Origin: Amoebophrya sp. A120
Lineage: Eukaryota; Protista; Dinoflagellata
DNA: 64,000 bases
Direction: 5' to 3'
Assembly: GCA_905178155.1 (NCBI GenBank)
Contig: CAJINV010000012.1
Span: 926,004-990,003 of the forward strand
Position numbers and translations under genes: made by a program. The notes below the pieces were generated by a model, which saw nothing but the letters and a program-made list of their open reading frames with translations, was not told where the DNA came from and did no database searches. Numbering within the stretch: the stretch's first letter is position 1; the number at the start of each line of letters is the position of its first letter. Positions 48,553 to 62,100 of the stretch are shown here, piece after piece.

Positions 48553-49235
48553 TTGTAAAAAAAAGAAATATACATAATCAGATAGGTATAGCCTAAGTCG
48601 GTTGAGTTTGCATGCCCTGCTTTTGCTTCTTGCAATGACTTAGACTAACTATTGCAAAGTTACGATGTGAAGTGGAAGTTTCGCACTGTAGCAAGCAACC
48701 TGTCAAGAATTTCCTTGTGATTGCATAGAGCATTCTGAGCCTCCAGATTGCTTCGTGTGGACGCGAAAGGTTTAAGAACTGATACTACTACTACTACTTA
48801 AGAACTGATACGGAATAAATAAACAAGTAGCCAACGCATGGTGAGAGCCTTCTCTGCCCTGTTTGCACTTGATCGTGGCTGGTTACGCGGCACAAAGCTG
48901 CAAAGCGTAGCAAATATGAAAAATGATTGATGGATAAGTAAATTGGAGGTTTATTTCGGCGCGAGTATGATTTTTCGTTTTATTCTCGCGCTGCTTTGTC
49001 CGAGGTCAATTTTCCTCTGGAGTGTGCTCTTCCTTCAACAGCAGCGCTTTCGAAAAGTCGTTTGAGTAAGATGATCACTATGGAGCGGTGATTTTCCATG
49101 TCATCTACAGCTGGTTCGGAAGAAAAGTGCTTCTACTGAATTCGGTAGTAAGTTCGTACACGACGGTATCGAAGCAGATCACAGCTCCCCATATTATATT
49201 ATATATATATTTATATAAGTATATAGGACACTGTA

Positions 49236-52200
49236 TTAGCAGCAATTGGACTTCGGCTGCTTTTGTGGCTGCCCCTGAGCCGAGGTGCGGGACACATTAC
49301 TTTGAGGCGCAGCGGGCGCCGGATTAACAGATGCCGACTGCAGCTGTGATGGACTTCTAGTGCCCGCAGCGACGCGCCCTGCTCCCGTAGTTCCGGCCAC
49401 GACCGCTGCCGGTGCTGCACCTGGCCCCCCAGGTCGCGACGCTTGTAAAGATGCAACGCCGAGGGTTGGTGACCGAGCGGCGGAAGTGGTTGCTTGTGAC
49501 AGAGCGGGAGCGGCAGGTGGTGACCGAGCGGCGGAAGTAGATGCTTGTGACACAGCGGGAGCGGCAGGTGGTGACCGAGCGGCGGAAGTGGTTGCTTGTG
49601 ACAGAGCGGGAGCGGCAGGTGGTGACCGAGCGGCGGAAGGGGCTAGTACTGGTGATCGAGCGGGAGTGGCAGGTGGTGGCGGAGTCAGTCGAGACGGTGG
49701 CTATCCTGTGTAAAAACGTACCCGCCACATCGTCAAGATGGGCATTTTGCTACACACATCAGTAACTTCCATTGGCCGTTGCACATGACAGTTTTGAACT
49801 TACTAGTAGTGTTGCCGTGTGTAGGTGGTGTAGCCGCATCTCAGACATTGATCATCATGTCGATCTTCATGCCTGGACTCAAATAGCATGACGCGAATTT
49901 TTTTTGTCATTTTCCCAAAACCAAAACATAATAAGAACATTTAGAAATAAACACCTCTCAACATGGGGCTCCTGCGCATGAGAGACAATCTGGGGTAGCG
50001 GAGGTGGGTACGTTTTCACACAGGATAGCGTGTCCACGCTGACTATGCGCAGGAAATTTTGGACCTGCTTCTCGCAGAGATCGCTTGCACTCACATTGTG
50101 TTCTTTTTCTTTTTGTACTTCGATCTTGAACTGCTTTAAAGCCGCGTACGTCAGCTGCGACACCTTCCTTGGACTTGTCGCCCCCGGCCCTCCAAACACA
50201 TCCACGCCTGGTTTGTTCCCTCGTTTGTCTTTTGTCCACATGAGCGGCTGAAGGACGTAATGGTGAAGTAACAGAAACATCCTTGCCTGTACTTTCGCAT
50301 CTTCCGGCGACACCTGCGGAGCACTGCCCAGTCCCACCTGGTGCAGAGTCTGCCTGCCCACCTCGATGAGGCCTTTGGTTTGCCCCTTCAAGAGTTTTGC
50401 AAATACGGCCTTGACCACACGAAGAAGCGCAAGCACTTGCGGGCCCGGTGGCGGCAAGTGAACCGGGCACGAAGAAGTAGAAGCAGCGCCGTTGTTGCAG
50501 TTACTACCGCCGGGGCCCACCCAGTCGCCCAGAACTTCGGCGACAAACCTCTGCCCAGTTCTGTGCTTTTGAAGCACGGCGGTGAGAAAATCTGCTTTCT
50601 TGCCAACGTCTTGAGGCCGCGTTGCGTGTTCTTGGACTTGTCTCGTGATCTCTTCTTCTACCTCGCGAAAGATTTGGCCCACACCTTCTGGGTCCTTCTT
50701 CAACCCGCTTCCGATGGTGCTGTGCTCCTTTTCCTCCTCCAGTTGCGCGTCGCTGGCGCCATCACGGACCACGCTTGCCCAGACAAAAATCCTCTCGGTA
50801 TCCTCCTGCAGGAGGAAGGAGAACGCTTCCGGGAACAGGCTTTGCAGGTTGGGACCTTCATTTTGTTCGCCCATTCGCACCTCCAGGTCGTTCCCACGAC
50901 CACGCCCGAGCGTGATGCTTCCGATGCCTTCGACGGCCTCTCGGTACTTCCCAAATTGCGCGACCATGCTGCGGTCATCCCTCGCGGCTGTCGTCCCCAA
51001 CCCGTCGTGAAGAAGCGGATGAACTTGAGATGCAACAGCGGCTCCCACGCCCACGCCCACCACACCCAAGCCGGCCACTATCGCCAACTGTTCGGCCTGA
51101 TCTCTTACCTGCCGTGCCCGTTCCACCTGTTCGCCTACATCACCAGGAAGATGCACTGGGGGAGAGGGTCCCATCATATCAGGGAGCAGGCGGTCTGCGC
51201 CCGATAAATTTGAGATCCCCTGCATCGTCCAGATATCGGTGGCGCCATCTCCTCCCGCAGTCCCAGCACTTGGACCGCCGTCAGCTGGTAAAAACGAGTC
51301 ACCGAAACCATGTGCATGTTCATGTAAGCCAGCATCCCCAATACTCGAACCAAATCCTTGTACCATGTCGGAAAGTCCATGAGCAGCACCCTCGGCACCC
51401 GCCTCGACAGCCGCTGCAGCAATCTGGACACCCGCCTCGGCCGCAGCTCCGCCAGCCTCCAAGAATACCCCAACGAACTGGAAGGGGAGAACAATAATGA
51501 CCTCAAAGAAACGTAATTTTTGCTTTTGCATAACTGAGCTTTGAGCAACCGCCGGAGGCTGGTGAACTTCTGCCGCTGCGCCAAGTCCGCGTTGCAGGTC
51601 CCGAGAGTCACCTTGGTTTTGGTGTAAAAGCTCACTTCTACTAGTTCTATCGGGATGATCCTCCAATTCGACAAGACCGCTCGCGCCCTGGTGCTGGCGC
51701 TCTCGACTAATTTCGCCAAATTTGTGCGGCGGGCCGCCCTCCACTTCATCCAGAAACTCGTCGTCTTGCCTTTTATTTTTTGTTGATCGCGACGCGGGAC
51801 CAGGAGCAAGACCAAGACCCACATGTGTTCGAGCATCATGATATGCTCCATGCCGCAGAACGGCGGGGCGTCCCATCCTCGGCTTACGAGGGTGTTTCCT
51901 GTGCTGTAGAAACGCTTGCTGCGGGTCGCTTTCATCTTGCGCACGACCGTAGTCGTACTTGTACATCACGTCACCTTGTGCTCGCCACGCTCTGCTTGCA
52001 ATTGTTGGTGACGACATGTTGTCTATGCATTGCAAATATGTCAGGGTCTGGAAGGATGGAGCTTGTCATGCGAAATCTCGATTGTGACAGAAAAAGTTGT
52101 GTTGCATGATTTGCAGGTGCAAAAGAGGCAAAGGCATCAAGCAGGTCTCGCAAAATCTGTGAAGGCGCTTCTGTGCGCATTCCAGACCATGTTTGTGGTG

Positions 52201-53572
52201 GTGGTCCACCTCGAGGCGCATGACAAATCTTGCGATCCCCCAGACCCAGACATATTTGCATTTGATATTGTCGTGCCCCGCACAATCATGGCCGTCCGCG
52301 CAAGCACTCGTCGACGCCGCACGATCCACCCCGTCAGCTCCTGGCGTGGCTACAGCGACTGCGTTGTTTGTCGTCGCCAGTTCGAGCCCCGTGCTATCGT
52401 GTAGTTGAAACAGGTGTTGCGCCAAATGAGACATAGTATCGCTGAAGCCGCCACCGCACCACACTTCTATCCACTGCAAACACATGTCTGGCTCTGGAAA
52501 CTTTAATTTGTCATGCTAGTTTGTGAATCAATGGTGAACGTACTGGTACAGTATTTTTGTTTAGCTTTCCGCACTGCAAGTGCAAACCAAGCGCAAGCTG
52601 CATTCTTGCATTACAGGCACGAGGCTTCTTTAATAATTGTATAGTGTTTCCTGCTCACGCATTGCAGATTCAACAGTCACGTGAGACAACAAGCATGAGA
52701 AACTTACACTTTTCTTCCGGACCCAGACATATAATTTGCAATGCGTAATATCCTGTTCCACGCAATCCTGCTGACCGGCGCAACATCCCACCAAGTAGGA
52801 CACCACGCCAGCGCCCCCTAGCAGAACAAATGCGAGCGAGCAGAGAATCGCGACAGCTGTTGTAACCACGAGTAACAAACAGGTCGACACCCCCCTCCAG
52901 GAGCAGGAGCAAGACCGATGCTTTGCTAGTACTAGTCGACTTTTGATCGTGCTGCTGGTGCTGCGCGTTAGTCGAAGGTGATTTCCTCCTCGTTCGCTGT
53001 GCGTCGATTCCTTTTGCTCCGGGATGAAATTACCACTGCGCAATGCGCTTCGCTGCGGGTTCGATTGGCGTGATGGTGGTGAGGTCCGGTTTGCTTGGAA
53101 ACAAGAGAAAAATCGTCGAAGGCAACACGACGAATAGAGGGAACTAGAAGCGGGTGGTTTGTCATCATCTGCTGCACGTGCACGTGCAGGATCCTCGCAT
53201 AACCTTGAAGGAGATCTTGTTTCAGCTGTGCAGGCACCGAGACTCTGGTCTGCTTCATCCGGTGCTGTCGTAGAACTAGAAGTGGTAGTTGAGTTCAAAT
53301 TTATCACCTCAGGGTGGTCCTCTGATGTAGATGTTCCATCTTTCTCCGACAACAACTTCGGGGTGGACAGGCGAGAGTTGTAGTACCCTGTGAGTAGTGG
53401 CGTCGTGCTTTCGGTTTCGCTGTCTTCATTTTGCGCTCTTTGCAGCTCCCCGATCAGCTCTTCTTCATCTACAGCTTCATCGTCGTCCTTTACAACGAAA
53501 ACCTCCAGTAGGGTAAGCTTGTCTTCCCTGTGGTGCCAGCTCGTCTCCGTCTCGTGCTCTTCGTCAGTGGCC
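49236..53572 (-). CDS. Tandem family gene, copy 3 (ends KSNCC); best resolved copy, start unresolved
   Basis: Exons of about 53572-52748, 52462-52268, 52018-50028 and 49696-49236 join in frame after removing three introners. Family motifs are present. Confidence 0.72.
49468..49639 (-). repeat. Coding 51-bp tandem repeat, about 3.4 copies (SAARSPPAAPALSQATT)
   Basis: ggtgaccgagcggcggaagtggttgcttgtgacagagcgggagcggcaggt is repeated. Confidence 0.85.
49702..50027. mobile_element. Introner (326 bp) with decayed TSD
   Basis: TIRs tatcctgtgtaaaaacgtaccc / gggtacgttttcacacaggata. Removing the element plus 5 bp gives VDT|PSRLTPP in frame. Confidence 0.8.
52024..52267. mobile_element. Introner, family I (244 bp)
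   Basis: Family I TIRs, TSD TTGTC, junction GHD|NMSS. Confidence 0.92.
52468..52747. mobile_element. Degenerate introner, family I (280 bp)
   Basis: tatccactgcaaacacatgtctgg / ccagacatataatttgcaatgcgta. TSD ACTTC/ATATC. In-frame junction VEQ|EVWCGGG. Confidence 0.75.
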
Positions 53573-56131
53573 TATGCATTGCAAACATCGTCGATTCATC
53601 TGGGCGTGTAATAATCCGTCCGGAACTCGTGTTCTGTGTAAGGCATGGCTCCTGCGGAGTCATGTCATCTTCTAGCGAAGACGCACATAATTCCGCAGTA
53701 CTGCAATAGGTAAGCCGTGGATATATCAAGACTATGTTGATGCAGGGGAGATCCACCCTTCTTTTCCCGGAAGTGGAATGACAATGAGTAAGTAACCGAG
53801 AATCATGAGAGCGGGACGAAAACTTGTCATGATTTTGGGGCGCGTTTCTTTTTGCCGTCACTTCATCAACATGACTTTCGTGCTTATCCTTGTTCCACGA
53901 GTCAGGATGTAAGAAACTTTCCTAACCCAGAGGAATCAACATTGACATGATTTCCAATTGGTACAACTTCTTTTGTCATCGTCATCTCGGAGGTCGGAAT
54001 GGAGAATGTTGTAGAGCTGCTACGTCTTGCACAACTCCGACTGCCTTTCTTCAATATCAATGCTGCTCCTCATCTGCGGTTCTCCTTCTTTTCGTCTATC
54101 ACATCGACGACGCTGACGAGTTGTTCTTTCAGGGTGGTACATTTTGCACCTCTGAGTGCAGTCGTGCCCTCATACAGTAATTTCTTCTTGTGCATCTTAA
54201 AACAAAGTAGTGGATGAGCAACTTAGTAGTGATTGTGATAGTAAATTGGGGAAAACATTTGCTCGTGCACGTGGGTGCTGAGATAAAAAAAATATATGCG
54301 CGAAAAAAGAATTTTCTTATGGGGAAAAAATCCTTGGGAACTGCAACTGCTGGGCTCGCAAACAAAAGCAGCGATCATACATATCAGTGCGATTCCGGCA
54401 GAAAAAGAAAAAGTTGTCGATTGCAAGATACGAGAGCCTCACAAAACGACCACGGACAATATTACGGCGTCACCAAAGAGGCGGTAGAACGAAAATAGCG
54501 AAGAACCGACACTAGCAAGAGATGCTTCCGCTCTTGTTCCGGCCAACCGATTCTTGACATACTCAGGATGTTCTCGACGCAAGACAAAAGTAAAACCTCA
54601 AACGACGGAGTAAATAACCGAGAAGGAGAAGACAGCGCATTCGTAATGTTCTTCTTCGACGGAGATGAAATATACGAGAAGAGGCTTCTCCTGTAAGCGG
54701 TTTTTACGATCAAAATACAAATTTCACGAGCATCACACACACCACCCGCACGGGGAGGAAGCATTAAGTAGTACCGATGTGGCCCCTGTGGGTCAAAACA
54801 CACTACAATACAACCGACAGAAAAAAATACAGGTGTATGCATTCATCCCAGGGGAAACGATTGGAGCGCCACGCCTGTCTGTGAATAAAATACCAAGCAA
54901 GTTACGTCGCGCTCCGTCCGTTCTACCTAAATTTTAACTCTTCAACGAGAAACGAATGTCTTTAATATCTCAATCTTCTTTATGGAAACTTGGGTGTCTA
55001 CATATGAACCTCACGCACGCCTCGCGAGTTGTGGTCGCTCCTTATTTAGTGTTGCGTCCTAATTTAATGTGAAAGTAAAGTCAACTCATCAACATCTTCG
55101 TGAATTCTAAAAATCGAAGTTTGGCATGAAGATCTGTAGCTAGCAAGAAGAACTGTCAAAGTATTTTAATAAAAACAAATGAATTGGGTCTGCGCTTTTT
55201 CAAGCGTCAATACGAATAAAAAAAAAAACCAAACGAGAGCAGAGCCCCACTAACAGCTTGGAAAGAAATCGATGCGAGGCCAAAAAAAAAGCGGTAATTA
55301 TATTTATTAGAAAAGATCAGAAACCAAAAATAGGAAAAAAAAGGGGGGAGCAGCGCTCGTGCCTGCTGTAGTACACTTGTAATTGTATTATTTCGTGAGC
55401 AGCAAGACTAAATATAGAACTGCTTGAAATTTTGCACGACAAGAGCATCGGACGAAAAAAAGAAAAAGAAAAAACAGAAAGCACACATGAGAGGGATAGC
55501 CTTACTCCTCTGCGGCTCTCGAGCTTAAGCGCCCTACTCTTGCTATCTTCATACTAGAATTGGCTCATAGTCCCGCTGGCCTCGTTTCTGGGAGCAGCAT
55601 ATCGAGCATGTCGCCCCCTACCTTGCGGTTGCGATTGCCAAAAGCAAAAGCGGAGCTTCACTACAAAGTCTAGCACCCTGAGTCCCCAGATGGATTTGTT
55701 TTTGTGTGTAGCTGTTGATGTTCATGTTGTAGAGGTAAATAAAAACTAAGAAAAAATCCGACGCATGATAGTATGATAGCAGCGTTCCCCAATCTATCGA
55801 GCGCGGTCGTGGCCGGTTGCTCGGCAAAAGGAAAACAAAGCTTTCCTAGTGATATGAAAGTTGTAGATGGTTCATTTCGAGCGATCCCATGCAATTGGTA
55901 AGCTTTGCGGTGAATTCTTTGTCTCACGCCAGGTGTGCGCGCGCCTTCAAAAAGTATTTTGGTAATCAAGATTAAGTAGCGCGGCTGTGGAAGAGGCGGA
56001 CTTCCATGCGCCGCGTGGTTCTTATTTTGAGGAGCAGGAAGTGAAGCGCTTGCCCTATCCTCCGCTTTTTCCGTATTTCTTTTAAAGTATCAAGCAAACT
56101 ACTCGGACGGCCGGCTCGGCATGTGAGTAAA

Positions 56132-59100
56132 TTAGCAGCACTTGCTGTTCTTCGCTTGTTCTGGTGGCTGTTTCCCGGTTGACGCCGTAGGCTGGGTCGC
56201 ATGTTGGGCCGCAATTACGGGTCTCGACTGCAGATGCTGTGGGGCGTCTGGCCCCACTCTACCGGCCGGCCCTCCTCCCGCTGCTCCTGATGTCGCGGCA
56301 GCTGACCGCACACCACTTGCCACGGCCCCTGGCCCTGGCCTTAGAGCAGCTGGCTCTGGCCCCGGGCCCAAAGGGTTTGCGGCTGCCCTTACGGCCGTGC
56401 TGCTGTTTGCTGCGGCGCCGGTCGTCACAACTGATGGCTGCCCGCTGCCACCTGCTGCAGCGGTGGCTCGGTGCGAGGGCTGAGAAGAATTTGGTTTTTG
56501 TTCCTCGGCCGCAAGTGCCGGCCCCGACCCATGCTGCGCAGCGTCTGCCCCTGCTTCAAGAGCCCCTTGCGGGTCCCGGCTCCCGGATGCTGACGCCATG
56601 GCGCCGGCCTGTTCCTTTTTGTCCTGCTCTTGCAGAACAACACCGCCCCCAACCCCGACCTGCCGCAGAAATTCTTGGACCTGCGCATTCAGCAGGGTCT
56701 CAAGTTCCGGAGCACGACCACCCGCGTCCGCTTCCTTAGAGCTTGGACACCCATTAGAATTCACAATGGTTATTTTACGGAGATTTTACATCGTCAACTA
56801 TCAGCGCCTCCCTTTCCAACCATCCTGCTCATGCCTTGACTAATGACCGCGACAAGCTACCTGCGTTGCTAATCTTTTGGGGCCTGCACGCGGAAACTAG
56901 ACAGGAAATCACGCACACCATCGGGCTAGAGTTGAAAACGCCCGATATTGTCGGTTTTTCTGTCGCCCGATACCATCGCGATTACGCTGTTACAGAAGGG
57001 CGAAAATGGGGCTGACTGCGCGTTTGGTTATTTTACGGGTTATTTTACAAGACTGCGGCTGGTTATTTTACGAACGAACACCCGCGCACAAATCTAATCA
57101 TGGCGGCACAATCCACATTTTTATAAAATAACCGGCGCGCAAAAAAGCAGCTTTTCATAAAATAACCAAGCAAATTTTCCGCAAAAATCTATGAAGCCGG
57201 AAAGTCAGTTCGTCGTGTCCGTTGTGGGCGAAGGCAGAGACTCTCGTCTCTGCCTTCGGACACAAGAAGGACCCACACTGCTAGCAGGGAAGACGCAACT
57301 AAGAAGGGGACACCAGAAGGGATCACAAGAAGAACCCGCATTGCAATCAAAATTCTGAGCCCGAAAGCTGGTTCGTAATTTTTCCCCGCAACGCCGGCGA
57401 AATTCTAGCAACAATGTCAAATCTCCGCAAAATAACCTACCTAATTTCTAACGGCCATCCAAGCTGTAACCGCTTCCTCCTGGGCTTCCCTCTTGAACTG
57501 CGCGAACGCGGCACGCATTAGCGGTGACCGCTCCCGGCCGCCTTTCTATCGTGAGAAAAAACTGCGCCTGTAGTCTCAGCTCGGTGAGTGTGAACAGAAG
57601 TTCGGCAACCACGCTCGACATGCAAGCAGGTTTCGTCCATCACGCTCGACATGCAAAAAAGCTGCCTCAGCCAGGCTTTCTCGGCGTGTTCCCCTTGCTG
57701 CTGACGGAAGAACAGAGATAATTCGACTTCTAATGCCAGGTGATTCACGCGCCTGCGTAGTTGGTGTCCAAATAAAGGCATGAGACCCAGGCAGTTTCTC
57801 TCTGAAATACGTCCGGCTCGCGCCCGTCATTGCCCTTGACGCAATGCGATTTCTGATAAATCATTGCACGCCCATACACGGCGCCTATTGCGCCGTCGGG
57901 CATCCGCGCATCTACCAGGTTTTGAAAAACTGCGTCGCGGTCCTCCTCCTGCAGCTTTTTAAGCACTTCCTGCGTTAATCTAAAAAGTGCAACCGCTTGC
58001 GGGCGCGGCGGCGGCAAATGTTGAACCGGACAGGCTCCGCTATCCTTGTCCCTGCAATTGGCGCCTGGGCCCAGCCAGTCGCCCAAGACTTCGGCAACAA
58101 ACTTTCTTCCAACCGGGTCGACTGCGAGAAAGGAGGCGATGGAACTTCTTGGGCCTTCGGCTTGACGAACATCGCTGGCCGACGTGGCTCCTGTTCGAAC
58201 AACCTCCGCCGCGATACCGTCAGCCACAGCACTGAAGAGGTCGCGCTTGTCCTTCGGGGTGAATGCTTCTTCGTATCACATTGCAAATACCAAAGCCCGC
58301 CTCAATTCTCAGAGACTGCAGCACTACTGCTAGTAACTTGCGCCAGTCAGCTTTCTCTGCAGTAAGCAAAGAGAGCCGCTTGCAGGCGGCTTCCTGCAAA
58401 GTGCGCTAGTACGCAACTCAGTCCGGTAGGTTCTCACTTTCTATGTGCAAAACATGGCTGCTTTGTGACAGCACAGTGATAAAAAAAACATGCGCGACAA
58501 GAAGTCTCCGTTTGAATTTTTTGGGCGCTTTTTGTTTTTCATGCCGATATCTCCGGATTTGTGAAGGCCTCAATCTCCGCGGCTTGCTTCTCGTCCGCAC
58601 TTGCCTAGCAATCATCTAGAAAAGCACGCCCACGGCCGCGGCGTGACTACATATATATAATTCGAAATACCACATCACTTCCCATGCGTGTTGTTGTATG
58701 TGCAGTGGAGGCACAAATTCCAACTTTCGGCAATAGACGAACGCCCTGAGAAAAAATGCAACACGAGGTTCGCAAGGATTTGCCGCGGTTGTGAACATAC
58801 AAGAAAGTAAGATGCCTCTCCGCAGGACGAACCAGAACCACGATCAAAAACAAATTGGCATTTAGTGTGAGTGCGCTTTTCTGTGGAATAGTGGATCGCA
58901 GCAGCCCAGAGAAAGATCCGCTCGGTACCTTCCTCCCGGAGGAAGGCGAAATAATTCGGAAAGACCTCATCCGATCTCTTGCGACCCAAAGCGGGACTCA
59001 AACTCGTCACGTCTCCTGGCAACATGTCTGCGAGCGACAGCTCCGCAAGGATCTCAATGACGTCGCGGATATTTGTCTGGGCGGCCAATCTTGGATTGTC

Positions 59101-62100
59101 CATTCCCTTCTCTAGATTGGCGGCCGCCTCGCCCATGAAGGCGGGTATTTGTACACGAAGATCTTGTGGTGTGGCACTGGCGGCATCACCCGCAGCCTCA
59201 AGCTGAGCAGGGCTGCTCGTCTCCGTCTGCGTCTCGTCTTTTCGCTTGCTAGTAGAGCTGTGCGAAGGTGACACCGGCAAAGGTCCATCATCTCCTCCAC
59301 CTCGTTCTTGTAGCACGGGTTCATCGTGTGCGACTTCGTTGTCTCTTGGATTTAGGCAATGTGGGAAGCCCTTTTTCCACATGTCGCGAATTTGCACAGA
59401 CAAGCCCACGAACATCGCGGCAATGCAGCAAGACGTCACAACGGTCGCAACTTCGATCCCAGTCAAGAATCATAGCGAAAAATGCCCCAAGGCGATCCCG
59501 AGTTGTGCAACGAAGATTCAATTGTTCCCGTAGCCGTGCCCGTTCTCGTATCCGACACAACAACACAGTACAAAAATAATTTACGAGTAACTCATCCTCT
59601 TCAGGAGGGCAAAACTTCGTCACGGAAAAAAAATCATATCAAGCGCACCAGCCTGGATGTTGTCTAGCAGTGGTAGCGCCGCGGTCGCGCTTGCATGTCG
59701 TGGCACTACATTCGTATAGAGGATCCATATATACAAGGTATTTCCCTCGCCTGAGGTCGGGCTGAGAGCATCCACGGCAGCAGCCGCGCCACCGACGTGA
59801 GGCAACAGCGGAAGCACTGCCATCGAGCGTTGAGTAGAACTCCAACTTTTTTTGTGTCACAACTACAAGACTATGGCCACCATTTTCTTGCCTTCCACTC
59901 ATCTTCGAGTATCAGTGTACTTGGTACTATGATGACATCACAATGCGGACGAAGCTGTAGCTTCACTTCCTTCTAGTTCTTGCATACTACGAATTGAAAT
60001 CGTGGTCATAACATTTCTTCTTGAGCCTGCTATAGGTCATCACCTTGAGACATGTTTCCATGTGGTACGGTTTTGGTCTGTACGATTTTGGTCTTTGTAG
60101 CAACATGGAGAAGCGAGGACCCCGACTGTGTCGTGTTGAACTTCCTGCGTTGCGCGAGCTCCTGGAAGTCTTGGTGTTGGTGTAGGGCTTCATTATCCTG
60201 ATATGGAAAGAAAGATGCTCCTCACCACCGTCTTCACTCACTATGCTTATTCAGCAGGTTTTGCATGAGAAGTTCTTCCTTCGGATCGGGGCTTTTAGTT
60301 TAATCTTGTATATTAATATTGTATTGTAATTGCACAAACAAATAAAGGGCGCTCGCCTGTGAAATAATTCGACGCTGTTGTCTTGCAGGATTGCCGGTAA
60401 ATGACCGTGGCGAAGTTGTCTTGTTTTATACCGGATCCGGCATTTCCACTAGCGCGTTATTACTCTCCCCTGACGCAACCATGGCAACGTCTTCGGCATT
60501 TATGGAAGTTTAAGTGTCGAAATCAACAAAATGAAAATATTCGCGCGTCATGATGCGGAAAACCCATGCAAGCAGTTGGTGTGCCGTTTCTGAGCGGCGC
60601 ACGAAAAGTTTTTGCGGCACGTGACAGCAGTTTGTCGAGCTAGTTGGCGCAAAAGCAACAACACAGGGCGCGCTCTATTTAGCAGCCACGTTCTCGCCAC
60701 TGTGAAGCTTAATACACGCGGCCAGCTCATAAATTTGTCTGCTATCCAACACAAGCATTCTACTGTAATATGTAGCATTTCATGCATCACAAAGCATTTT
60801 GATTTTCGCTTTGTCGCTTTCCGAGTCGACGCTCTCATATCGTGACGATCCTCGTCCGCGGTAGTAACGGTATCCGGCTGCCGCAGCACTGGCGGCAGGT
60901 CACGGTCATCCTTGGTGTGCCAATCTTCAACACGATAATTGTCGCGGTTTTTATTCTGCGGTCGGTAAAATCCTTCTTGCTTTTTTGATGTTTCCCTGGT
61001 CTCACTGTCGCTTTTTTGATGTTCCATCAACGTCTCCCGGTAGTACGGGGCAGCTGCCAGTTGTGGCGGAGCTTCTGTTCTTGCGGCGGTCGGCAACTGT
61101 TGTGTATGTCGGGCGACGACGTTCTTGGCCCCCCCTGGCGGCCGCGCACATGCTGGAGTACCTTGTCCTTCTATGAGAGTGTCAGGCCTGAAATCGACAA
61201 AGTTGAAATAACTTGCAATGCATAAAATCGATATCAGTTGGAAGCCCAATTTTCAAGCGCTGCATGACAAATTTCGGCCACGTCTAAATCCAGTTTGTCA
61301 TGATGTCATGTTTTGGGACAGAAGGCGTCTTTTGTCATGCTACTTCAGCAGCTCTACCGCAGACCCCAAACAGGCTGACAGTCGGCCTCACTTGCTGCCC
61401 CTGCAAGAGAGGCACTTCATGCCTTGCAATTTATGCATGAGAAACCATTTCAACTTTAGCGATTTCAGTCCTGACGCTTCCATACCTTCTCCACAAGTCG
61501 TAGAAGATCTGGCGTCGAGAGTCTTTTCCGGCTTCATCTCGTACTCGTTTGCTGTAGTGCCGGGACTAGAAGTTGAGTTCTTCGCGGAGACTGAAGTTGT
61601 AGACGGCATGTTGACCACCACGACAGGGCCAACCGGTGGCGCCGAGACAACGTCAGGAGTTCCGAACCAGAAGTCCTCCGCACGGAAAGAACCAAAAATG
61701 GAAGAAAGCACGCTTGATCCAGGACCCGCGTGGTTGACGAGACGCCCAACGTACATCACGAGCAAAAAAATCCCAGCAAGCAACAAGGACAGCATGAAGA
61801 AGGACAAAGAACTGTAGTGCGGGCTGGTCAGCGGCCCACACCGCTGCTTTGTCGGTCCTCCGACGTCACTCCTTCCCGCACAAAAACCCCTTCTGCGCAC
61901 TTTATTCCGCTTTTGTGACCGCGAAGCTGACACTGGGAGGTTTGCTGGAGAAGGAGAAAAAACAAAAAGTCCGGGACACCGCGAAAAAAAAGTGGGCGAT
62001 TCAGATTCTTGTTCACCATCTTTATCATCATCAACTGCAGCCCGCCCAAAATGATTCTCGTAACTTGAACTTCTCTTGTTTGTGCTGACGCCAAGACAAC

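Noticed and set aside
58275-58890. Additional introner(s) in family copy 4
   Set aside because: TA-like ends are present, but TIR pairing and TSD could not be resolved by eye.
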